Source of the DNA: a virus
Reading direction: 5' to 3' (one strand)
DNA: 64,000 nucleotides
UHGV virus genome: UHGV-1372088
Shown here: positions 47,078 to 55,191 of the stretch, piece by piece
Numbering within the stretch: the first letter of the stretch is position 1
Layout of the letters: every line of letters begins with the position of its first letter
Translations under genes and position numbers: made by a program
Notes under the pieces: generated by a model
What the model was told of the DNA's origin: nothing
Seen by the model: only the letters and a program-made list of their open reading frames with translations
The model's database searches: none

Positions 47078-47331
47078 GTGTGACGGGTGTGACTGTGGCG
47101 CCGGCAACTGCGTCGGTCAGGGTCGGTGCAACGACCACGCTGGCCAAAACAGTTTCCCCGTCTAACGCTGACGATCAAACCGGCACCTGGACATCCAGTA
47201 ACCCTGCCATCGCAACCGTTGATACCAAGGGCGTTGTGAGAGGGGTTGCCGCCGGTAATGCAACGGTGACGTTTGTTACGAAAGATGGTGGCTTCTCTGC
47301 CAAGTCTACCGTGACTGTGACGGCATCTTAA
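47059..47331 (+). CDS. Big_2 Ig-like domain in the -1 frame relative to the tube gene (candidate frameshift extension, 83-90 aa)
   Basis: Frame opens at 47059. Slippery heptamer C_CCA_AAG at 47068-47074, immediately before the tube stop codon. The domain reads VTVAPATASVRVGATTTLAKTVSP...ATVTFVTKDGGFSAKSTVTV. Confidence 0.5.
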   Translation, partial: PHQPKVSVTGVTVAPATASVRVGATTTLAKTVSPSNADDQTGTWTSSNPAIATVDTKGVVRGVAAGNATVTFVTKDGGFSAKSTVTVTAS

Positions 47332-47375
47332 TCAAATCAAGGCCCAGAAATGGGCCTCTTTAACGAGATAAAAGT

Positions 47376-47693
47376 ATGGCTAAGTTACTAAATCTGGACA
47401 CGCTGGTTCCCGCCGTTAAGCAGGTTCAAATCGGCGGAAAGCAATATCCGATTGTAGAGATGAGTGTAGGTCTGTTCGCGGAAATTAAGCGCTTCGAAGG
47501 TAGCGAAATTGAATCCATGAGCATTGCTGATCAGGTTGCTGCGTATGCGGTTCTGGTTCAGAAGCTGATTCCCTCTCTGCCGCAGAATGTGTTGGACGAT
47601 CTCTCCGTTATCAACCTTCAGCAAATTTTCACCTTCGCACTGAACGTTGCGGATGAAACGAACGAAGCCGCCGCTGGCGACGAAGTAAAGTAG
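47376..47693 (+). CDS. tail assembly chaperone (gpG-like)
   Basis: 105 aa acidic protein between the tube and tape measure genes. Confidence 0.5.
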   Translation: MAKLLNLDTLVPAVKQVQIGGKQYPIVEMSVGLFAEIKRFEGSEIESMSIADQVAAYAVLVQKLIPSLPQNVLDDLSVINLQQIFTFALNVADETNEAAAGDEVK

Positions 47694-48043
47694 AAACCCG
47701 CGATGAATCCGATGAGGTGGTTTTGTCCATCGACTTCGGGTTCTATTTCAGTCGTGTAGCTGCTTATTACTCCTTGCCACCGAAACAACTACTGGAAATA
47801 CCGCTTGAGACATTCTGGATGATGAGTCGAAACATCGAACGAATCCAGTCAGAGCGCGACTTGAGAGATTTTCAGGTCGCCAGGGTCGCTCAGGCCGGTG
47901 TTGAAGATGCTAAGGCGTTCATGGAGGGTTTGCAGCTAAGGATTGGAAGACCTGTCATCACTGATAGGGTGTACAACCCAGAACGAGTCAAAGCAGACCC
48001 TGACGCCAAAGCGCAATTAATGGCAGTCTTTGGAAAAGGATAG
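47657..48043 (+). CDS. gpT-like ORF in the -1 frame, overlapping the 3' end of the G-like gene
   Basis: Frame opens at 47657, which is 37 nt before the G-like stop. An independent GTG start at 47717 is also possible. No canonical slippery heptamer was seen. Confidence 0.35.
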   Translation, partial: NERSRRWRRSKVETRDESDEVVLSIDFGFYFSRVAAYYSLPPKQLLEIPLETFWMMSRNIERIQSERDLRDFQVARVAQAGVEDAKAFMEGLQLRIGRPVITDRVYNPERVKADPDAKAQLMAVFGKG

Positions 48044-48046
48044 GGA

Positions 48047-51000
48047 ATGTCCGACAATATCGTAGATTTTAAGCTGATCCTCAATGATAAGGAGTTCGAG
48101 GTATCAGCTAAAAATGCCGGGAAGTTACTCAAACAGCTGAGTGTGGATGCGGGTTTAGCGTCCAAGAAAATCTCCAACCTTGATGTTTCTGTCAACTCTC
48201 TGACGCGAAACATCAAAATCTTCACCGTAGCAGTGGGTAAAGCGGCCTCGGAACTCCAGGATTTGGGAGTCGGGGCCGAACTCGCTGGCAATGCGCTTCG
48301 TGATATTCGTACTCACATTGCCGCAATCAGTCGCAGCTTAACAGTATTCAACGACCGCGTTGGCAAAACCACAACCGCACTGAAAGGTATGGCGAGTGAG
48401 CTGCGCAAGGTTCAGTCTGAACTTTCCGACTTCAGTGATTATGCCAACCACGCAGGCAAGTCTACGCGCGACCTGACCGCGAACGTAGACGATCTCAATA
48501 AGAAAGCCTCCACCACAAATCGTCGCTTAAACAATACGACAAAGGCACTGGCCGGCTGGAAGGACTCTGGTGACAAGGCGAAGGACGCGCTGAAAGAAAT
48601 CATCAGCCAGATGGATACGCTCATTGACCGTCAGAAAGAGCTGAAGGGTTTGGGACGTGCTGATGTTGGCGGGCCAGGTCGCGGCGGTAGTGGCGGTAGT
48701 GGCGGTCGTGGCGGTAGTGGCGGCGGTCGCCACCATAGCAGTTCTTTTGGCGGCGTAAGAGGGACCATCTTTGCTTTAGGCGAAGTGGGTGATGCAGCCC
48801 GAAACGTCAGAGATATGCTGTTTGGCTGGCAAGCGCCCATCATCGAGGCAGCAGCTGAAATGCAGAAGATGCAGATGCTTCTGCAAGGTATAAACAAGGA
48901 TGCAGCCGATCCATTTGCCGCAGCGGCGAAGGATATGGACTACATCATCGCCACCGCTAAAAGTGCGCCTTTTGCGATTGGCGAGTTGACGGGCTCATTC
49001 GTCAAATTCAAGTCGGCAGGATTAGATCCGACGAATGGCTCGTGGAAGACGCTGATCGACTCCGTTGCCCGATTCGGCGGCAGTAGTGAAACGCTTGACC
49101 GCGCAGCCGTCGCTATCCAGCAGATGGCAGGTAAAGGCGTCATCTCGATGGAAGAGCTGCGTCAGCAGCTGGGTGAGGCTGTTCCTACCGCAATGAAGGC
49201 GATGGCGGACGGCATGGGCGTTACTGTAGCCGAGCTTACAAAGCAGATCTCTACCGGCACAGTGAATGCTCAGGAAGGTTTGCGTCTCATGTTCGTTGGT
49301 ATGGATGCCATGAACCGTGGCGCCGCGAAGAGCATGATGGTCACCTACATTGGCGCCCTGGCTCAGATGAAGACCGCCTTCATTCAGTTCTCTAAGACGG
49401 TTGGCGATTCCGGCTATCTCGAAGCTATGTCAAAGAGTCTCAACGAGATCACCGCGTTGATGAATAGCACAGATGGCAGGATGTTTGCCGCGTCTCTGGG
49501 CCAAAACCTGGCGACCGCGATCACGTCTCTGACGTCTATGGCCAGGTGGCTTGTCCAGAATCGAGAGCTGATTATCAATCTCGGCGCAGCTATTGCGGCG
49601 TTCGTAGGCTTCAGGTTGCTTCGCTCTGGGATCTTGGAGGTGATTAGCGTCGGCAGCCAGATGGTGTCTGTGCTCGGTAAAAGCGTAACCGGATTACAGG
49701 CTCCATTTAATCTCCTGTCAGCCTCAGTGACCAGATTTAGTCGAGCGTCAAGGCTTGGACTTGGGACTATCCCAGCTCTCCTGTTCTCGATCAGGGGTGG
49801 TCTGACGGCAGTTAAGGTGGCGTTTGCTTCTCTGTCTGCGTTCATCGTCTCCAACCCGATTGGGGCCGCATTGCTTGCGATATCGACTGCCGTAGGCGTT
49901 ATCGTTTGGGCGATGGGGAAGCTGAGAGATAAGACCGCGCAGACCGTAGAAGAGCTCAAGAAGATGCCTGAGGCGATGACGCAGATCCAGCGCACTCAGA
50001 TTCTGCTCGATGTCAAGAAGCGAAACGCGGAGATTGAGCGTGACGAGAATCTTCTTCAGTCAATCAAATCAGGCAAGCTCTCGGCGGACGCTCTGCCGGC
50101 AGACATCGCAACGGGCAGACAGCTGACTGTTAAAGATGTCGAAAACAGAGTTAAAACAAACAAGGCGATAAATGGCGACTACACTGGCCTGGTCACGAAA
50201 AGCGACGAGATAAAGGCCAAGGAGACGGCATCAGGCGTAACTAAGGCGGTGTTCGAAGACATTGAGAAGCGGCTCAATGTCGGTATGGCTAAATTCGCGG
50301 CAGGTCAGATGCGAGAGAATGAGGCCAAAAGGATCGCTTTGGACGCCGACAAATCTCTCTCCAAGGAAGAGAAGGATAAGCGCCGGGATGAGATAAACCG
50401 CTCAGAGGCAAACGCTCAAGCCGACCTCTACAAGAAGGCCGCTGACGAGATGGAAGCGCGGGTTAAAAGTGTCGCCACACAGGTTAAAAACTTGGATGAG
50501 GCGCTGAGTAAACCTGGCCTGAGTGAAGATCAGAGAAAAATCCTGACCGCTCAAAAGTACGGTTACGCGAGCAACTATGAAGAGTCGAAGCAGCAGCTCG
50601 ACGACATGCGCAACAAGGAAAAAGATACCCGAAACAGTCGCCACGGTATCCCTGACGCCAGCGGCGAATATTCCAGCGCATCCGGGGCTAAAGCCGATCA
50701 CCAGGTTTACGTAGCCAGAGTTAAGAACGACTTCAAGAACGGCGCAACGAGCATCATCGGCGAAGATGGCCAGATCGCCAAGGATGTTTTGGGTAATGAC
50801 ATCGAGGGCATTAACCAGTTCAGAGCCAACGAGACTATCATCTCCAAATACGGCTCAAACGTAACCGGGGAACAGCGTAAGAAAGCCGAGGAAGCGTTGA
50901 CGGCTGCCATTTTGCGAGACACCCAGATCCGCACAAAGGCAGCCGAAACGGCAAGCAAGAAAGAAGAAAGTGCTAACAACAAGGCGCAAAAGGCGGCCGA

Positions 51001-52672
51001 GCGTAAGCAGAGGGAACTTCAGAAAGAGGCTGATGGCTACAACAAGACGCTGAACTCTTCTGAGCAGATGATCTCCATGATGGAGACGGGCTCTAAGAGA
51101 ACCGTTTCGTTTGCCCAGAACGTCGAGAAGACGTCCGTGTCGCTTGAGAAGCTGGCTAACTCTTCCCCTACCGAGCTCATCACGCAGGAGATGATCGACA
51201 AGGCGAAAGAGTATCTGGAGACAATGAAGACGCTGTCTCCTGACTATCTGAAGCGACTGGAGAAGAAGGCCGCCAAGAAAGATTTGGACGATGTCGCGCC
51301 AAATGCAGCCGGTATCATTAGTTCCGGGCTTGATGGTTCGCAATCCAGAGACGAGCAGGTTGAGGCGTTCAGGACCAAGTATGACGAAAGTCTGAACGCG
51401 CTTGAGAGCCGTCGCAAGCAGTACATGAGTCAGTTGAAAGACGACCCAAGTATGCAGGTTTACGTTGAAGAGTCGACCAAGCGGATCAATCAGCTGATTA
51501 AATCTGGCAACGTCGCGCTCATCAAAGAAACCGGCACCGCCACGCAGAAGCTGGCGCTGGAGTATGGCGATCTGGCTACGCAGATTGAAAGCGTTTGGGC
51601 GGATACCTTCTCTGGTTTGACCGACACGCTGACCGAGTTCTTCTCGACGGGCAAGGCGAGCTTCAGTGACTTCGCCTCGTCGATTATGAAGGACATCACC
51701 AAAATGATCGTGAAGAGCCAGATCACACTGCCTCTCATGAACATGTTGGGGATGGGCTCGGGACAGACGGCCATGCAGCAGACGGGCCAAGGCAATCTGA
51801 TGTCGTCCCTTGCTAACCAGGGCGTCTCTCTGTTTTCTGGCGCAGCAACGAATGGCGGCGGCACCAACGTTGTTAATGGCGACGGTAACGTGGCCACCAA
51901 CAGCAAAACGGCCTCGCAGTCCGTTGGTAAGTTAGGCTCGACAACCGCATCGACGACGGAGGGTGTGAGCTCTCTTGGGACGGCGGTGGTCGGAGTCGGC
52001 GGTGCGTTAAGCAATGTGAGCACGGCGGTAGGTTCCCAGACCAAGGCGATCATGTCGAACATCTTCAGCATGAAGGGGCTACAGACCGCCTCCAATGCGC
52101 TGATGTTCACCTTCGCCGCAATGTCAGCCAGTTCCTCGTCCAAAACGAGCAAGTGGTTGGGCTTCGCGGGTACGGTAGCTTCTGGGGTCGCCTCGATATA
52201 TGCCGGTGGTGGATTCAGTGGCGGCGGTTCTGGTGAATCTCCTGGCGGCGGAACGGCGATTCAGAATGCCGGGGCAAACTATAAATTCGCCAAGGGCGGG
52301 ATTATGGGGCCGGATGGTGCTCTGCCGCTGCACAAGTATGCCAAGGGCGGGATTGCAACGTCGCCTCAGCTGGCGCTTTTCGGCGAGGGCTCTCATAACG
52401 AGGCATATGTCCCGCTGCCGGACGGCCGGTCCATTCCTGTCACGATGTCCGCCGAAAAGACAGCTGGTCTTGGCGCTGGTGCTGGTGTGGTGGCCCCTGT
52501 TTCCATCTCCATCAACGTTCAGGCTGACGGTGTCTCTTCTGCAAGCGGCGCTGACTCGACCCAGGGGTGGAAGGATGCAGCTGAGAAGATGAAGGCGATC
52601 GCGCTCGACACCATCCGTCAGGAGAAGCGACCTGGCGGATCGCTTAACGCAAACACTACGGGCAACCGTTAA
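48047..52672 (+). CDS. tape measure protein (1541 aa)
   Basis: Largest protein in the tail module. Gly-rich GGSGGSGGRGGSGGG tract. Long coiled-coil middle region. Hydrophobic segments in the middle. Confidence 0.8.
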   Translation: MSDNIVDFKLILNDKEFEVSAKNAGKLLKQLSVDAGLASKKISNLDVSVNSLTRNIKIFTVAVGKAASELQDLGVGAELAGNALRDIRTHIAAISRSLTVFNDRVGKTTTALKGMASELRKVQSELSDFSDYANHAGKSTRDLTANVDDLNKKASTTNRRLNNTTKALAGWKDSGDKAKDALKEIISQMDTLIDRQKELKGLGRADVGGPGRGGSGGSGGRGGSGGGRHHSSSFGGVRGTIFALGEVGDAARNVRDMLFGWQAPIIEAAAEMQKMQMLLQGINKDAADPFAAAAKDMDYIIATAKSAPFAIGELTGSFVKFKSAGLDPTNGSWKTLIDSVARFGGSSETLDRAAVAIQQMAGKGVISMEELRQQLGEAVPTAMKAMADGMGVTVAELTKQISTGTVNAQEGLRLMFVGMDAMNRGAAKSMMVTYIGALAQMKTAFIQFSKTVGDSGYLEAMSKSLNEITALMNSTDGRMFAASLGQNLATAITSLTSMARWLVQNRELIINLGAAIAAFVGFRLLRSGILEVISVGSQMVSVLGKSVTGLQAPFNLLSASVTRFSRASRLGLGTIPALLFSIRGGLTAVKVAFASLSAFIVSNPIGAALLAISTAVGVIVWAMGKLRDKTAQTVEELKKMPEAMTQIQRTQILLDVKKRNAEIERDENLLQSIKSGKLSADALPADIATGRQLTVKDVENRVKTNKAINGDYTGLVTKSDEIKAKETASGVTKAVFEDIEKRLNVGMAKFAAGQMRENEAKRIALDADKSLSKEEKDKRRDEINRSEANAQADLYKKAADEMEARVKSVATQVKNLDEALSKPGLSEDQRKILTAQKYGYASNYEESKQQLDDMRNKEKDTRNSRHGIPDASGEYSSASGAKADHQVYVARVKNDFKNGATSIIGEDGQIAKDVLGNDIEGINQFRANETIISKYGSNVTGEQRKKAEEALTAAILRDTQIRTKAAETASKKEESANNKAQKAAERKQRELQKEADGYNKTLNSSEQMISMMETGSKRTVSFAQNVEKTSVSLEKLANSSPTELITQEMIDKAKEYLETMKTLSPDYLKRLEKKAAKKDLDDVAPNAAGIISSGLDGSQSRDEQVEAFRTKYDESLNALESRRKQYMSQLKDDPSMQVYVEESTKRINQLIKSGNVALIKETGTATQKLALEYGDLATQIESVWADTFSGLTDTLTEFFSTGKASFSDFASSIMKDITKMIVKSQITLPLMNMLGMGSGQTAMQQTGQGNLMSSLANQGVSLFSGAATNGGGTNVVNGDGNVATNSKTASQSVGKLGSTTASTTEGVSSLGTAVVGVGGALSNVSTAVGSQTKAIMSNIFSMKGLQTASNALMFTFAAMSASSSSKTSKWLGFAGTVASGVASIYAGGGFSGGGSGESPGGGTAIQNAGANYKFAKGGIMGPDGALPLHKYAKGGIATSPQLALFGEGSHNEAYVPLPDGRSIPVTMSAEKTAGLGAGAGVVAPVSISINVQADGVSSASGADSTQGWKDAAEKMKAIALDTIRQEKRPGGSLNANTTGNR

Positions 52673-52711
52673 CAACCAAAGTGCCGCAGAGATGCGGCAC
52701 ACAACTCAAGG

Positions 52712-53056
52712 ATGAGGAAAATGGCCAGAGAAACATTTGGGTGGAACCCTGATTCGCAATCGAAAAAGACCATAAAGCCGAACGTGACCGTACTGAAGTT
52801 CGGTGACGACTATGAGCAACGCCAGACCATTGGTCTCAACCGCGTGAAGGAAGAGTGGAGCCTGACGTTCCAAAGGCAGCGATCGGAAGTTGAGAAAATG
52901 GACGTTTTCCTGACGAAGAGAGCTGGCGTGGAATCGTTCTACTGGAAGACGCCGCGCAACCAGACAATCATTGTGGTTTGCGACACCCACGATGTTGAGT
53001 ACGACAGAGGGGCGGCGAAGTTGACCTGCACATTCAGACAGGTTTTTGAGTCTTGA
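52712..53056 (+). CDS. minor tail protein, lambda gpM-like
   Basis: KFGDDYEQRQTIGLN matches lambda M RFGDGYSQRAPAGLN. 114 aa. Confidence 0.65.
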   Translation: MRKMARETFGWNPDSQSKKTIKPNVTVLKFGDDYEQRQTIGLNRVKEEWSLTFQRQRSEVEKMDVFLTKRAGVESFYWKTPRNQTIIVVCDTHDVEYDRGAAKLTCTFRQVFES

Positions 53057-53075
53057 TATGTATGTGCTTACATAT
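53056..53075. promoter_or_regulatory. class-B inverted repeat ATATGTATGTGCTTACATAT
   Basis: Lies between the M-like and L-like genes. Confidence 0.45.
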
Positions 53076-53113
53076 TAACATGGATCAAATTAAGGCTTAA
53101 CTCACGGAAGATT

Positions 53114-53815
53114 ATGGGAATCAAAAAGGAAATACAAAGCCTGTCACCTTCGTCGGTGATAGAGCTTTTCATTTTGGATATGTCCGTTACCACCTCTGGC
53201 GGTAAGCGGTATTTCCACGCAGGTACGAACGAGATCCGCGACAGCATCGTCTGGCAGGGCGTGGTTTACGAGCCCTGGCCACTCAAAGCGACCGGGTTCG
53301 ATATCTCCGGGCAGGGCACTCTGCCTTCACCGAAAATGTCCATCGCGAACTTTGGCGGAAGCATTTCAGCTGAAGTCCAGGCTAACGATGATTTGGTCGG
53401 CTGTACCGTCATTCGTAAACGCACACTGGCTCGCTTCCTCGATGCGGTCAACTTCTCAAGTGGCGTCAATCCAACCGCCGATCCATCTCAGTTCTTCCCG
53501 GACGAAAGCTGGTTCGTCGAGCAAAAGACGCTGGAGACTTTCGAGGTCGTCGAGTTCGAGCTGTCCAGCGTATTCGAACTGATGGGCGTGAAGCTGCCGT
53601 ATCGCCAGATCATCAAGAACACCTGCCCGTGGAAATATCGCGGCACAGAGTGTGGTTACACGGGTCCGTACTTCGACAAAGACGATAAGCAGACCTCCAT
53701 TTCTGGATCTGACTACTGCACTAAACGTCTCGACTCCTGCCGCGCCCGTAAAAACTACTTTGCGAACGGCATTATCCACTTCGGCGGTTTTCCGGGGGCC
53801 ACTCGTGTCTCTTGA
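53114..53815 (+). CDS. minor tail protein, lambda gpL-like
   Basis: 233 aa with a C-terminal Cys cluster (CPWKYRGTECGYTG...C...C) like the gpL Fe-S site. Confidence 0.6.
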   Translation: MGIKKEIQSLSPSSVIELFILDMSVTTSGGKRYFHAGTNEIRDSIVWQGVVYEPWPLKATGFDISGQGTLPSPKMSIANFGGSISAEVQANDDLVGCTVIRKRTLARFLDAVNFSSGVNPTADPSQFFPDESWFVEQKTLETFEVVEFELSSVFELMGVKLPYRQIIKNTCPWKYRGTECGYTGPYFDKDDKQTSISGSDYCTKRLDSCRARKNYFANGIIHFGGFPGATRVS

Positions 53816-54608
53816 TAGCAAGTTCATCATTGGTGAGGCGCTATCTGGCGCCTTTATGTCCTGTGCTGCCAAAAACTACCCGAATGAAGCGTGTGGCTTT
53901 GTCGTTTCTGGCGCGGGTGGGAAGTATCTCTTCGTTGAAGCCAGAAACACGTCAGAAGACCCACAGGAGCGTTTCGTTATGCACCCTGACGACGTTATGG
54001 CTGCGGAGGATAAAGGGGATGTGGTGGCTGTGTGGCACTCTCACACTGACCAACCCGCGACACCATCAGAAGCGGATCTGGCTGGCTGCGAAGCGACGCA
54101 GCTGCCCTGGGTTATTACCGCCATTCACAAAAACTACGACGACAGCATTGATGTCGATTTCGTCTTTTCAAGTCCCGTCGTTTTCCATCCCACAGGATTC
54201 GAGATGCCTTACACCGGCCGCATTTATGCGTTCGGCGTTTTCGACTGCTGGACCCTGTGTCGCGACTATCTTGGCCGCGAATTTGGAATCAGTCTGAACC
54301 TCCACGAAAAGTTTCGCATCCCCAACTGGAGCGAAGGCGATGTGGACATTCTCGGCGACAACTTCGCTGGTGAAGGTCTGGTTCGCCTGGCGAATGGTGA
54401 GGAACCTCAGAAGGGCGACATCTTCTTCATGCAGTACGGAAAGATGCCGGATCACTGCGCCGTCTACATCGGTGACGACCAAATTCTCCATCACCACAAG
54501 GACCGTCTCAGCTGCCGAGCCGTCTTTGGTGGGATGTACAAAAAGCATGTGACGCACCACCTGCGCCACCGGAATCTACTTTCAGGGAAAGAGAAATGTC
54601 TGAATTAG
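53805..54608 (+). CDS. tail tip protein, lambda gpK-like (JAB/MPN plus NlpC/P60 domains)
   Basis: JAMM motif HSHTDQPATPSEADL. Downstream Cys/His (CWTLCRD...HH). A GTG start overlaps the gpL-like stop; an alternative ATG lies at 53856. Confidence 0.6.
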   Translation: MSLDSKFIIGEALSGAFMSCAAKNYPNEACGFVVSGAGGKYLFVEARNTSEDPQERFVMHPDDVMAAEDKGDVVAVWHSHTDQPATPSEADLAGCEATQLPWVITAIHKNYDDSIDVDFVFSSPVVFHPTGFEMPYTGRIYAFGVFDCWTLCRDYLGREFGISLNLHEKFRIPNWSEGDVDILGDNFAGEGLVRLANGEEPQKGDIFFMQYGKMPDHCAVYIGDDQILHHHKDRLSCRAVFGGMYKKHVTHHLRHRNLLSGKEKCLN

Positions 54609-55183
54609 TTCACGTTCAATTGGGCGGTGCGCTGGCGACCAACTTCGGTCGCCATTGGCATTTAAACGTCCGAAACGCCAAACAAGCCTTTGATTTGATC
54701 GACGCCAATAAGCCTGGGTTTAAGGCGTGGATTCGCAAACACGCGAAGTCGATTAGCAAGTACCACATCCAGATTACAAACAAGCAGGGCCACAAGTATT
54801 CAATGGATGAAACCGAGTTTCAGATGATGGGTGAAAGCGACAACATCGCCAAAATCCGCATCACGCCAGTTCCGCATGGTAGTGGCGGGAAGGGCTTTGC
54901 GTGGTTTGAAACCGTTGTTGGGGCTGCACTTTTGGTTGCCTCGATTTTCATTCCAGCGCTGGCCCCTTTAGGCATAGCTCTCCTGATGGCCGGCGTCCAG
55001 GGGCTTCTCTCCCCACAAGCGAAGAAAGCACAGGGGCCGGCTAACAACTCTGATGCGACCTACTTTGACGGCCCACAAAACACGACGAATCAGGGCAACC
55101 CGGTTCAGCTTAATTACGGTGAAGAAATTCTCGTCGGATCTCAGACCGTGTCCTCATCAATCACCATTGAACAGACCGCATAA
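54596..55183 (+). CDS. tail assembly protein, lambda gpI-like
   Basis: 195 aa with a hydrophobic C-terminal segment. Sits between the K-like and J-like genes. Confidence 0.5.
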   Translation: MSELVHVQLGGALATNFGRHWHLNVRNAKQAFDLIDANKPGFKAWIRKHAKSISKYHIQITNKQGHKYSMDETEFQMMGESDNIAKIRITPVPHGSGGKGFAWFETVVGAALLVASIFIPALAPLGIALLMAGVQGLLSPQAKKAQGPANNSDATYFDGPQNTTNQGNPVQLNYGEEILVGSQTVSSSITIEQTA

Positions 55184-55191
55184 GGGCGTAC

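Noticed and set aside
50855-52152. Long minus-strand ORFs inside the tape measure gene (311 aa at 50855..51790; 220 aa at 51490..52152)
   Set aside because: Antisense to a continuous 1541-aa gene. Arg/Leu-rich composition typical of spurious antisense frames. No independent start signals.
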